Below, piece by piece: positions 44,549-54,484 of a DNA stretch of 54,641 nucleotides (within the stretch, counting starts at the first letter, position 1; the number at the start of each line of letters is the position of its first letter). This stretch comes from a virus (lineage: Duplodnaviria > Caudoviricetes): positions 1-54,641 of IMG/VR virus record IMGVR_UViG_3300007276_000061; one strand, written 5' to 3'. The notes beneath the pieces are model-generated. The model saw only the letters and a program-made list of their open reading frames with translations, was not told where the DNA came from and searched no databases. A program made the position numbers and the translations under genes.

Positions 44549-45804
44549 TTACTCTACAACTGTAAGTGCTCGTTTAACTGGCTTTTTAATCTCTGTTGGA
44601 TATTCAGGGCTACCAAAACCTTTCAGATACTTGTCAATCTTATCTAGGATAGGAATGTTTTGCTCGGTATTACCTAGTTGCATAGTACAAAGCATTAGCT
44701 GTGCATACACAGCTTCCCATTCAGTTTTCGTCAAGATAGGCATATCAATCCTCAATCACGTCACAGAAATACTGAGTAGCTTGCTCAATAGGAATATTAT
44801 GAATCTTCATCAGCTGCTTAATAACGTAATTCTTAGCTTGCACATATTGATAGTCAAACTGACTGCTACCACGCCACAACTTAAGTACGTTAGCTCTAAT
44901 AGCTTGATGCTCTAGATACATTTCAGTCATCGCGACAATATCAATATCACTAAGATTAATATCTTTAGTAGTGACTTTTACTTCTATTAGCATACGGTTA
45001 AGTAGGTCTAGTAGAATATCTTCACGGTTTGTCATGAAAATCTACCTCCACCAGGCTTTAGGTACTCACCAGCGGGAGTAGCATTAAACATCTTATTCCA
45101 ACTCACAACTAGCGACATAATGAGGTCTTCCTCACCGCCGCCTTCACAAACTCGTACCACATAAGGAGCAAATTTGGGGTCATTCAGCATGTATTCAACG
45201 TTTTCACGCCATTGTTTAACCTCATGCAGAGATTTAATGATCGAGTCTTCATCGTAGGTTTCATTAGCAATTTGGACGGTTCTCATTCTGATACCAGTCT
45301 TGTTCTTGTCAGACTTACATGAGCAGGTTCGTACCAGTTACCCGCTAGGCTATCGTGATCTTCACCTTCTTGAATATGAATTACACAATCTTCAGGACTA
45401 ATTCCAGCCGCTTCAGCTAGAAGCTTACGAAGACTTTCCTCGTTCCAAGTGTAAGTTTCTTTAACTGTAGTTTTTGATGTAAATTTCATGTGAAGCACAC
45501 AAACTTAACTACCATCCAATCTAGTTCATCAAGGTCTCTAGCATACTGAATGGCTTCTTCAATGGTATCAAACGTCATACAATTGTATTCGTCGTCCTCT
45601 ACGAGTTTGCCATTATGATCAATTAGTAGAAACATTTGTATTTTCCTCTTGTGTGTAAACAACTTTCCTTTTAAACCAAATTGAATGTGCGACAGGTCCA
45701 ACCATTTCCCAGCCTTGTGCTCCAAGAATATTAGCCATATCTACATCCATTGCTTTATGGTATACGGGGATTTTCTTATATTCCCATTTAATCATGAAGA
45801 TCAC
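44549..45804 (-). other. Run of six small overlapping hypothetical ORFs (44549-44755, 44745-45035, 45032-45286, 45283-45498, 45486-45725, 45619-45804)
   Basis: Stop/start overlaps; last one has WEYK...LGAQGWEMV (DUF4177-like); some starts uncertain. Confidence 0.55.
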
Positions 45805-46080
45805 CCGTTCGCAGTTTGATTTGATCTAGAATGATATTAAGACGCCCTGCTTCTAGAAACTGATGGTTACTCATATGCATAGCAACTACTGTTTCGAGTG
45901 TGATTACGAGGATTTGACCCTCCTCTGGGGTCAGGTTTCGTCGCTCAATGTACATAAGACTCTAGTTCCTCAATTGTTTCTAGCAGGTGGAGACGATATT
46001 CGGTTGTGTAGTGTTCTGACCCATGATCGTAGAATTCGTGCAATGCTTGCAGAATGTTTGCGATAAGTTCTTCATTGTCT

Positions 46081-46539
46081 TCAAGCATGTTCTAGCCTAT
46101 ATGCAAAATCTGCCGCTTCTTGATCGGCAAGTTCTTTACGAAGTTGAGCAATACGTGCCACTCGCAGTGTTTGCGCATCCTGTGTGATGCGGTTCATTTC
46201 TGCTTGCGCGGCGTCAGCGCGCTTCCTAGCAAAATACTGTCTACGCTTTTTAAGCGCTCGCTTAAGCCTGCTGCGACTTACTGGTAGATCGTGGCCATTA
46301 CGCTTCACTTCTTTAGTGAAGGTTTCATAATCTACATTCGTGAGTTCAATATCTAGATCCTTATGGAAAAGGCTACTAGAATCGTAGTACCTATACCAGA
46401 GACGCTCGCTACCAGGCTTATCAAACTTATACCGCTTATATTCAGTAGCACCAACCCATATATCAGGCTCATTTTCCAGCGAATCAATCACTGGGCAGTA
46501 AGTCTTAGCTCTGTACCAAAGCATCAAATACTTAATCAC
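46081..46539 (-). CDS. Hypothetical protein
   Basis: ORF track; promoter upstream. Confidence 0.55.
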   Translation of the reverse strand: MIKYLMLWYRAKTYCPVIDSLENEPDIWVGATEYKRYKFDKPGSERLWYRYYDSSSLFHKDLDIELTNVDYETFTKEVKRNGHDLPVSRSRLKRALKKRRQYFARKRADAAQAEMNRITQDAQTLRVARIAQLRKELADQEAADFAYRLEHA

Positions 46540-47142
46540 TTGATATTTCCCTTATTAAGAGCTAAGAATACTACAGTTCAGGTCGGAAGTCAAGAACTGG
46601 ATTCAATATACTTTATATTGATCGACCTTCTCTAAGAACTTGAAGCGAAGAGTCCAGTACTTATTAGAGGCTTCCTCGTCTGCACTCCAACCATCTACAT
46701 AGTCATTATGATCTAGAAAAGCGTACAAAAGTTCATCTAGTTGTTCTTCAATCGTCTGCATATTCAGCCTTCAATTCTTCCCATTCTTGGAGATACTCTT
46801 CATCAGCAATAGGGTCACCATCAGAATATTTAGCACCTAGTTAACACATAATGAAACTTGAGAGTAGTCCGTAGTCATCTACAAAGCTAGGAACTTCTAC
46901 GTCCATAGCTTTAAGTGCAGACCAAATTTCATTGCCACCCTGTTCATCAGCCGCTAGCGACCACAGGGTATTGATTAGAATTTGTCTATAATCAGGCCAG
47001 GTCAGGCCACCGATCTTGAATAAGCTTCAGCACACGTGCATTTTCTGCAACTTCGAAAGTATCCATTTCAGGACCCCAATCATCGAGGTTTTGTTGCAAA
47101 GCAACCATAATAGTTCTAGCCTCGATTTTAGTAATTAGCATA

Positions 47143-47568
47143 TTATCCATAGTAGTTCTCTAAGTCCTTTAATCCTGTTAACTTCTGTTTTTCTCGATTA
47201 GCTTCAGTCTCTGATTTAAAAGGCTTTGTCCAAACTATAGAACCTCTTAAATCTCGTACACGACGTACTGGGTTTGTGCTAACTACCAGTTCATTTGCGT
47301 CAGTATAGATTAGAAAATAAGGTTTTGGCAGGTTCTTATTATGTGGCCAGATACCATTTACAATATCTACTTTATACACAAAATGTTTACGTTTAAGCCC
47401 ATCTTCTACAAATACGCGATCATCATCTACATTACCCATAAACTTATATTCTGTAGAGCCTAGTAAAGCTCGTGCAACTTCTACTGCAGAGTAACCATGG
47501 CACCTAGCACAACGTTCTGATGAGTGCCAATGCCCGTTAGGGCACAAATTAAAAGCTGATGTCTTCAT
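47143..47568 (-). CDS. Hypothetical protein
   Basis: N-terminal CPNGH...CARC. Confidence 0.5.
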   Translation of the reverse strand: MKTSAFNLCPNGHWHSSERCARCHGYSAVEVARALLGSTEYKFMGNVDDDRVFVEDGLKRKHFVYKVDIVNGIWPHNKNLPKPYFLIYTDANELVVSTNPVRRVRDLRGSIVWTKPFKSETEANREKQKLTGLKDLENYYG

Positions 47569-47950
47569 TAATGTCCATTACTTCTCTAAAGCCATGTCTA
47601 TGATCTTTTACCACGTATACACTATCATAAACTAAAGATAGTCCAGGTAAATAAGTTGCTGCTTTAGTTTTGTTGTTAAACTTTTCAGGTAACAATTTCA
47701 ACTCATTGTCTTTTATACACAATAGTCTATAAACTCCAGAGTTATTTATTTCTATAGATTCCTGGCCCGCATATACTACGTAACCCGACTTACTAGATAC
47801 TGTTTTGTGACTAGTATGCCATGATCCATCTTCTAGAATTGATACAAACTTATCATCTTTAAGCTTATCAAGTCCACGCTTTTCTGATTCAGGTCCATAC
47901 TTTTCAAAAGTTCTTAGCGATCCAGTCGCTTTATCTTTATAATAATACAT
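47549..47950 (-). CDS. Hypothetical protein, probably leaderless
   Basis: ATG 7 nt after TATATT of a TTGACT-17 promoter; the longer TTG start coincides with the -35 box. Confidence 0.55.
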   Translation of the reverse strand: MYYYKDKATGSLRTFEKYGPESEKRGLDKLKDDKFVSILEDGSWHTSHKTVSSKSGYVVYAGQESIEINNSGVYRLLCIKDNELKLLPEKFNNKTKAATYLPGLSLVYDSVYVVKDHRHGFREVMDINEDISF

Positions 47951-48086
47951 AATAATTAATATAGCACAGGCAGAAACCAAAGTCAACACCTTTTTTATAG
48001 GTTCTTATCGGCAGCTCAAAACAATCTTTTACGTTTCAAAAAGCCTACAACAAAGATAAATCATCCTAACCTTCGAAAATTAGTTG

Positions 48087-48115
48087 TTGACTTTTGGCAT
48101 GACAACATATATAAT
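48087..48115 (+). promoter_or_regulatory. Plus-strand sigma70 promoter, divergent from 47950 gene
   Basis: TTGACT-17-TATAAT. Confidence 0.8.
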
Positions 48116-48120
48116 ATATG

Positions 48121-48270
48121 AAATAGCCGAGAACGAAGTTATTATGGCTACAGGGTGTTCCCTGAAGTGTTTAGATATGATTTTTAAATTACAGTAGAGC
48201 GGACGGAATTAAGGGAGGAAGCCACTGTATAGAAATCAGTCGTTATCTGAATTCTTCAGAGGGAACACCT
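48121..48270 (+). ncRNA. Rod-like structured RNA
   Basis: Nested stems GGTGTTCCCT/AGGGAACACC, GAAG/CTTC, TTTAGATA/TATCTGAA, TGATTT/AAATCA, TACAGT/ACTGTA around a purine-rich loop. Confidence 0.55.
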
Positions 48271-48642
48271 AGATTTTAATAAAGCTTCTACGAAGTTATT
48301 AAGTCGTTTTAATCAACTTAAAGCGCTGTAATCAATAAGTTTTCTAACTTATTTAATTCATTATATCAAGATTCTTAAGTGGTATTGTGTTTAAAAATCT
48401 GCAATAATTTCTGGTTCGCTAATGAAGAACTGATTAATGCACACTACTAATCAAGAGCGATTCGGACCAAATTTGGGCGGAACCTCTATAAGGATCTCTC
48501 CCGCCCCGTGCTAGAGCCTTCCTAGCAGATTAATCTTCCTAGTTTCGAAAACGATAAAACCCACACCGGCCTTTCGGTTGTTGAACGACGTTCAACAAGC
48601 CTTGGCTAGTGTGGGTTAATTTGTATCTATTGCGTGCCTCTG

Positions 48643-48921
48643 CTAGTGCCACACGGACCCGTGAGGGTCCAGGCCTGCCTTAGCAAATGCGACCCATTTC
48701 GAGGCCTCGTCTTCCATTAGCGACTTCATTGGACTGAAGACAAACTCTGTAGCACAACTTCGACATTTATACTTTGGAACAAGAAAGTCAAACTCGGCTA
48801 CGCGTTCCTCGTCTAGTGGAACTTCTAGGTGCTCCCATTCTCCAATGTGAGTGAGCGCATCTTTTTTGCACGAAGTGCAATGGCTTGCTGCTGTTATCTG
48901 ATAGAAGTCATGTGTTGACAA
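48643..48921 (-). CDS. Zinc-ribbon protein
   Basis: CTSC...CRSC. Confidence 0.55.
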   Translation of the reverse strand: MSTHDFYQITAASHCTSCKKDALTHIGEWEHLEVPLDEERVAEFDFLVPKYKCRSCATEFVFSPMKSLMEDEASKWVAFAKAGLDPHGSVWH

Positions 48922-49102
48922 TTATTCTCCTCGTGACCCAACCTAGGGGCCACGCTAGTATTAGTGTAATCACTAAAAATAGACTATTTTTAGCTAGTAG
49001 GACAATGCCACCGAGGATGGCAAAGAATGCAAAAATCAGTAGGAAGCCAATTAGAAAGTTCTCTAGAAATTCGTCAGTAATCATCGAAAATGTCTCTAGC
49101 AA
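48908..49102 (-). CDS. Membrane protein
   Basis: Two hydrophobic segments. Confidence 0.5.
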   Translation of the reverse strand: MLETFSMITDEFLENFLIGFLLIFAFFAILGGIVLLAKNSLFLVITLILAWPLGWVTRRIIVNT

Positions 49103-49395
49103 TAAGTCCTACAAAGAGAACAACTAGGAGCCCAAGCAGGCTGAGTCCAATAATACTCATTACTTGTGGGTAAATATTGAATAGGGCAATCAATACCAGA
49201 ATAGGTATGATTGCCGCAAGCCCTGCTAGGAAAGTTTTAATAAGTTCTACCATTGAGGTACAGGTCCTTGAATTGTGTAACGTTGAACTGGGCCCTCTAG
49301 AAAATCTAGAACAAAGTCCTCTACGGCAATCTCGACTTCACGTCGTGTTTCGCCGAAAAACAGCTTGTCATACACAAGCGCATAATAATACTTAA

Positions 49396-49701
49396 TCATT
49401 TCTTCGCCTTAAACTTAAAGAAAGCACTATAAGTTTCATAGCACCCAGGCTTATCATACTCGACCTTCCAGCCTTGCCCCCGATAAACATCTTCAATATT
49501 AAGCCAGCCTTTGTCAAAAATCTCTTGTCGACTTAGAAAGCCAGACTTTGACAGGATCAAGTTAATAACATCTTCCTGCTTTACCTTGGCCGAACCTTCA
49601 GTAAAATTATCAGCAATCAGTTCATTGAATGCTTCAAATACAATTTCAGGAATGTTCTTCTGCTTCTGAGCAACTACTTCGTTAGGACTAATCGCGGGCA
49701 T
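49396..49701 (-). CDS. Conserved phage protein
   Basis: IP..VFEAFNELI...WLNIE.VYR..GWKVEYDKP. Confidence 0.65.
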   Translation of the reverse strand: MPAISPNEVVAQKQKNIPEIVFEAFNELIADNFTEGSAKVKQEDVINLILSKSGFLSRQEIFDKGWLNIEDVYRGQGWKVEYDKPGCYETYSAFFKFKAKK

Positions 49702-49925
49702 TACTCACCTTCTTCCATAATAGCAACAAGCATAGAATCTGCCCGAACGTCGTGGAATTCCTCGAATTCACCACCACCAGTCCACCTATCCCACACTACA
49801 GTGTAAGAAGGCTCACCATAATACTTAATATCATAGGGACCTGCAGCGATATAGCCTTCCCAACGTGCATCAGGGTCTGCGCCAGCTTCGCCGGCCATAT
49901 ATACTTCATCGTTAATGTCGAACAT
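49701..49925 (-). CDS. Hypothetical protein
   Basis: Purine-rich RBS; promoter upstream. Confidence 0.55.
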   Translation of the reverse strand: MFDINDEVYMAGEAGADPDARWEGYIAAGPYDIKYYGEPSYTVVWDRWTGGGEFEEFHDVRADSMLVAIMEEGE

Positions 49926-50092
49926 ATCTCTCTTTCCTTATTCTCATAAAAGTATAGCCCCTGACACGTCAAATGTCAAGGGCTATTTTCATTTTCGGTA
50001 CTCAAGCCAGTTCACAATATGCGCTACCATAGAGCCAATACCAAATCCCGCGCAAACATCCCAAAGAAAGTCTCCAATAAGAGTCCAATTCA

Positions 50093-50665
50093 TTAGTCTT
50101 TCCACCCACTTAATTGTGTACGAAGCATGATACCCGGAAGCTGGCAATTGTCCCAGTATTCTTTAACAGCCTGTTGTAGTACTCCATGAGCATTACACAG
50201 CTCATCTACGTACTTGATCATCAAGCGATTAGGAATCATAGTAGGTCGCGCTTCAGCAACCAAACGAACAGCTTCACGTGCTTCATTAAGTTCATCATTG
50301 CCAGGTGATTTAGAATGGTCGAAGAGGATACCAATAAGCATCGCAGCACTTCGGCTGCGTCCTGCGTGGCAGTGAATCAACAGTCGATCTGAGTCGTCCA
50401 AATCCCAGCAGAACTTGAGAACATCACATACATCTTCTCGCGTAGGAAGAATAAGCGGATGCTTAAGCTCCCACACAGTATCTTCTAGCGTCTCTGGCTC
50501 TACATGACCTTCAAAATCATGAAAAACCTTGATCAAGTGATGATCACCCTGGCTAGGAAGGTCGAAGTTCAAATCCGGGCCAACCAGCGAAACGATTCGC
50601 GTAGGCCAACCCTCCTGCATAATCTCATAAGCACGATGTGCATTATCAATCTTAAATTCAAACAT
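50093..50665 (-). CDS. Protein tyrosine/dual-specificity phosphatase-like protein
   Basis: CX5R motif IHCHAGRSRS; RP..IPN. Confidence 0.85.
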   Translation of the reverse strand: MFEFKIDNAHRAYEIMQEGWPTRIVSLVGPDLNFDLPSQGDHHLIKVFHDFEGHVEPETLEDTVWELKHPLILPTREDVCDVLKFCWDLDDSDRLLIHCHAGRSRSAAMLIGILFDHSKSPGNDELNEAREAVRLVAEARPTMIPNRLMIKYVDELCNAHGVLQQAVKEYWDNCQLPGIMLRTQLSGWKD

Positions 50666-50892
50666 TATGCTTTCTCCATTGCACGATGCACATATCGTAG
50701 TGCATTAACCATATAAGCCGCATCAGTGTTACCTTCATCAGCCAGCTTCTCGAAATCTGCGAACAGTGTACAAATCTTTAGAAACTTAGTTCCGTCAGCA
50801 CCGACCCAAATCGTCATGTCACTTAGCTGTTCTCTAGATTTAGTCACTCGATCCGATCTCCGTAAATACTTCTTGTGCTTTTTCACGATCAA
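50665..50892 (-). CDS. Hypothetical protein
   Basis: TAATG coupling. Confidence 0.5.
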   Translation of the reverse strand: MIVKKHKKYLRRSDRVTKSREQLSDMTIWVGADGTKFLKICTLFADFEKLADEGNTDAAYMVNALRYVHRAMEKA

Positions 50893-51006
50893 TCAGACCC
50901 AGATCAAAAAGCTGACGATACACTTCACAGGCCTCTGTATTAGAGACGCCTATAGTATCAGCGATAACTTCAAAAACTATAGACTGACCCCTGTCAAACA
51001 TAGTCA

Positions 51007-51246
51007 TTAGAATTCCTTCTCAAAATCAATTTGATGAGCTTCTTCGTCGTTAACCCACCGATGATAACGCTCAGCATCGATATCATCCTTAATCGCTAGA
51101 ACTTGTCCTAGCATAAAAGCATAACCAAAAGCTTCATAGTCAAAAATAGCAGTATCTAGTGGATATTCATCCGAAAAGTCTGCTCCATACTCGTCGGCAT
51201 GTTGCTCCCAGAGATTTTCTGCGTCGTCGATCGTGTACTCGCTCAT
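51007..51246 (-). CDS. Acidic hypothetical protein
   Basis: Start at MSEYT. Confidence 0.55.
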   Translation of the reverse strand: MSEYTIDDAENLWEQHADEYGADFSDEYPLDTAIFDYEAFGYAFMLGQVLAIKDDIDAERYHRWVNDEEAHQIDFEKEF

Positions 51247-52282
51247 ATTCTTCTCTTTCATAAAAATTAAGTGGATATTCGGGATGATCAAAAGCTAGGA
51301 AGTAAGCCATTGCAGTTGGGTAGTCTTCGAACTCTGTAACTACTTGATCAGTCTTGTGCTCAGTAACAACGTATTTAGTCGTTGCCCTCAGGGAGATATT
51401 CTTCGTAGCGAATATCGTAGAGATCGCTATGGTCACCGCAGCCACGAATCCACTTCCAAGCATCTTCTTCATTGTCAAAAATCTTCTCTACTTCCCCGGT
51501 ATACGCTCTAATTACTTCAAATTGCATGTATTATCCGACCCCTTGTCTTGATCCTCCGCCACTCTAAATGATAGGTTAACATTATTGTAAAGCTCTAGAA
51601 TCTTACGCACATTCAGCAATCCGCGAACGCTAATAAAAGCCCAACCGTTATTACGGTCATAGATTTCGTACTTAATCTGTCTCATTTATCTAGCCTTTCC
51701 ATTCGACGATTCCAGAATACCTCTTTCTCAGTATCGTAGTCGATCAAACCTTGTTCAGCCAACCACGAGTACACAGCGCGGAAAGAGTCTTCATCTACGC
51801 CAGTAACTTCAACACCCTCATTACGAAGGTGAATATGTTCCACATCAAACCAATCGCTCATGTCATTTCCCTTATTGAATGTATACTATACGCCAACCCA
51901 GATCAAAAGTCAAGACACATTTTCAGGAACTCTGTTCAAAAAACGTGTGGAGCGGACCACAGCGGGTTTTCGGCGCTTTTTCTACTGCTTCGGTGCAATA
52001 AATCGTATCAAACCAGAATAAATCCGCTTAAATCCAGACAAATAACCTTAACCCATAATAACTTGACCAGCTACTCAAATTAGACTCAATCTGGGCGAAA
52101 AATGCGACGATTCACTCAAATTTACTCTTGACACTGTACTTACAAAAGTGTAAAATCGGCGCAGCGCGCTTGAAAGAGGAGAAATTTAAGGAAAAGCTGA
52201 AAAAGTACTTGAATTGAGCTTAAATCTATGCTAATATACCAGGGTGGGGAGGGGCCAGGCCTCAGCTTACAATTTAGACACG

Positions 52283-52312
52283 AAAAACCCAGCTAGTTGC
52301 AACTAGCTGGGT
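52283..52312 (-). terminator. Intrinsic terminator ending the large-RNA block
   Basis: ACCCAGCTAGTT/AACTAGCTGGGT stem followed by T run on minus. Confidence 0.75.
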
Positions 52313-52329
52313 AAAACGTTTTAAATTAT

Positions 52330-52780
52330 TTCATGTGCCGCAAGAATCGAACTTGCAGGGTTTGCAATCCCTTCGCCAGAAGGTCACACCTAGGAATCGA
52401 ACCCGTTCTGCCCATTAAGTGGCAGCCCACCAGGGTGTTTTATGTTTGCGACGGGACTTTATTAACCCGCACCTTCCCATAGGGACGACCATTCATCTTA
52501 GTCTACGCCTTGAGGTTCTCACTCATACGCCTCGCGACGTAATCACAGCGACCGGCACCATCTTCCGGATTAGCATATCGTGGTTTACTCACGCTCACGT
52601 CTATCCCATGACGGAGAGGGCCAACAATTGCTTGCTGAATTTTATCGGGATATTAGCTGCCTGTTAAGACCCGTAGCAGCACCTTTCACGCTCTAGAAAC
52701 GCGGCCATTGGCTCATGACTTCCAATAGCTCCCGGGCTCATAATGTGCGCACTCGCGCCCGGTAGACAAATACACACTAT
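52330..52780 (-). ncRNA. About 450-nt structured RNA ending in two tRNA-like domains
   Basis: No minus-strand ORF, many hairpins, two GTTCGATTC T arms; bounded by hammerhead cleavage site and terminator. Confidence 0.6.
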
Positions 52781-52821
52781 GACCTAAACAGGTTTCGCTC
52801 CTATGAGCTCATCAGATAGTG
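52775..52821 (-). ncRNA. Type I hammerhead ribozyme
   Basis: CACTAT-CTGATGA-GCTC(ATAG)GAGC-GAAA-CCT(GTTT)AGG-TC-ATAGTG; full core, GUC cleavage triplet. Confidence 0.88.
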
Positions 52822-52886
52822 ATATAAATTTTTGTATACTAAAAATAATTATTGACACTCATATGAGTCTATGCTATAATCTTTAA

Positions 52887-53516
52887 ATGATAAGAAAATA
52901 TTGGACCCCCGAAGAGATCGAATTCCTAAAAATAAATTACCCCAGTAAGGGGGTAGACTATTGCATGCAGTTTCTTAATAGAGAGCGAAAAGCCTTAACT
53001 TTAAAAGCAAACAGACTAGGCTTACGAGTAGAAAACTATAGTAGTAAGTTTAAAAGAACAAATGAACAGTATGACTTAGACTTATTTGACCGAGAGATTG
53101 ATGCTGTTGCAGTAGAAGACTATATTGATAACAAAACTCCTATTTTACATGAGTGCCCCAAAAATCACCGGTGGAAAGCCAGACCTATCGATATACTACA
53201 CGGATCAACCTGCCCTAGTTGTGCAGAATACGGATTTAACTTAGAAAAGCCTGCTATAGTTTATCATATTAGCTTCGAATACGAGGATATTGAGTACTAT
53301 AAGCTAGGCATCACTAATAGGACAGTTCAAGAGCGTTTTGCTAGTGACTGGAAAAGATATAACATGAAAGTTATATGGATTAAGCAGTTCAATTGGGGGC
53401 TAGAAGCTAGAGAGCTAGAAAAGCTCTTATTGGCTAAATACTCAAATTACTTAATTAATACCGGAGCACTTATAAGCGGTAACTCAGAGACTTTAACTGT
53501 TAAAGTCTCTGAGTAA
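52887..53516 (+). CDS. Putative homing endonuclease (HTH + Zn-ribbon + GIY-YIG/T5orf172-like), inverted orientation
   Basis: Paralog of 41077..41859; promoter TTGACA-17-TATAAT at 52852-52880, ATG 6 nt later. Confidence 0.75.
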   Translation: MIRKYWTPEEIEFLKINYPSKGVDYCMQFLNRERKALTLKANRLGLRVENYSSKFKRTNEQYDLDLFDREIDAVAVEDYIDNKTPILHECPKNHRWKARPIDILHGSTCPSCAEYGFNLEKPAIVYHISFEYEDIEYYKLGITNRTVQERFASDWKRYNMKVIWIKQFNWGLEARELEKLLLAKYSNYLINTGALISGNSETLTVKVSE

Positions 53517-53517
53517 A

Positions 53518-53974
53518 TTTCGTGGCACAGTCGGGCCTTCTGGACTCGTCAGATAGTGTTTGAGCAAAAGGTTCAGTAGAGATCCGCTGGTGGCCAAACC
53601 AGTTTCCCATAACATCCGCTAATCTAAGGCCTTTGCAAGCGGCGATAGTACAGTAGATCGGTCAATTTTCCAGCATCTTGCAATATCCGGATATTTGGTT
53701 CTGATCAATACCTGTAGCTCAAATTTTGTTATCCCGAAGCTATGCCGTTCGGGACCACACGACGCCAGGTCTAATCCTTTAAGCTGCGCCTGGTCATGCA
53801 TTACTTAGAGGGAGGTATATTGGTTGCTAGTCTACAGCCAGAGGACCGTCGGATGCGCATCCTAGATCTATAACTCTTACCAGGTACACCGCCGCTATCG
53901 GGATCAATTCGATAACCGTGCCTCACAGTAAGTTAACCTAGTTCGACCAAATTTTCGTGACACAGTCGGGCCTT
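53518..53974. repeat. 22-nt direct repeat TTTCGTGRCACAGTCGGGCCTT (53518-53539, 53953-53974)
   Basis: 21/22 identity. Confidence 0.9.
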
Positions 53975-54158
53975 ACGAGCACCGAGCCATTTTATTCGAG
54001 AGCCTCAAGCCCTCAGGTTAATCCGTGCCACCCGCTATCGCGGATCTTGTTAGACAGCATTTCACTGTCCTGGAGACATCACGGGTCTCTATCCGGAAGT
54101 TCTTCACGGGCTCAACTCCGGCCCAACCGCTCCTATTACCCGAGCTAGTCATCGCTGG
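53518..54158 (-). ncRNA. Two tandem structured RNA domains (about 210 and 430 nt) with a shared 3' motif
   Basis: Promoter TTGACA-17-TATAAT at 54193-54165; 22-nt repeat at both 3' ends pairs with upstream partners; no credible ORF. Confidence 0.55.
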
Positions 54159-54201
54159 CTTTCCATTATAGCCTATTTGGGGAGGCTTGTCAAGAACTAA
54201 T

Positions 54202-54337
54202 TTGAGGGAAACCTGATTTCTTCCTCCAGGCTCATCGTGCTTACTAAAGCAGTTTTACCCAGGCGGACCCTGGCTACTCGTTCGCCGCTTAAGTGCGCCT
54301 CCGACACCTTTCGGGTGGTTGCCGCCACTTCCCTCAA
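54202..54337 (-). ncRNA. About 135-nt structured RNA with its own promoter
   Basis: TTGAGGGAA/TTCCCTCAA closing stem; promoter TTGACT-17-TATACT at 54375-54347. Confidence 0.6.
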
Positions 54338-54384
54338 TCTTTATATAGTATAGCCCAGTCAGCTGGCAAAGTCAAGAACTTTTT

Positions 54385-54484
54385 TGGCGACTCCTAAGAG
54401 CGAGCATTTTCCATTAGGAAAACCTTGGTCTTTCGGGGTTACTCGTTTGAGCCGCGGTACTGTTAACCCTTATTCCCCTGACTC
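54385..54484 (-). ncRNA. About 100-nt structured RNA with its own promoter
   Basis: Promoter TTGACT-17-TATACT at 54520-54492; CGAGTA/TGCTCG stem with hairpins; no ORF. Confidence 0.45.

Noticed and set aside
36-51551. Most plus-strand ORFs in the track
   Set aside because: Antisense shadows of well-supported minus-strand genes or tRNAs; only 41077 and 52887 have promoters and family motifs
53515-53558. Second hammerhead (CTGACGA...GAAA)
   Set aside because: Stem II is irregular and I found no nearby stem I/III partner with an NUH triplet; kept only as a repeat
52330-54158. Group I or II intron around the endonuclease
   Set aside because: No interrupted host gene, endonuclease is antisense, no convincing P7 pair or domain V
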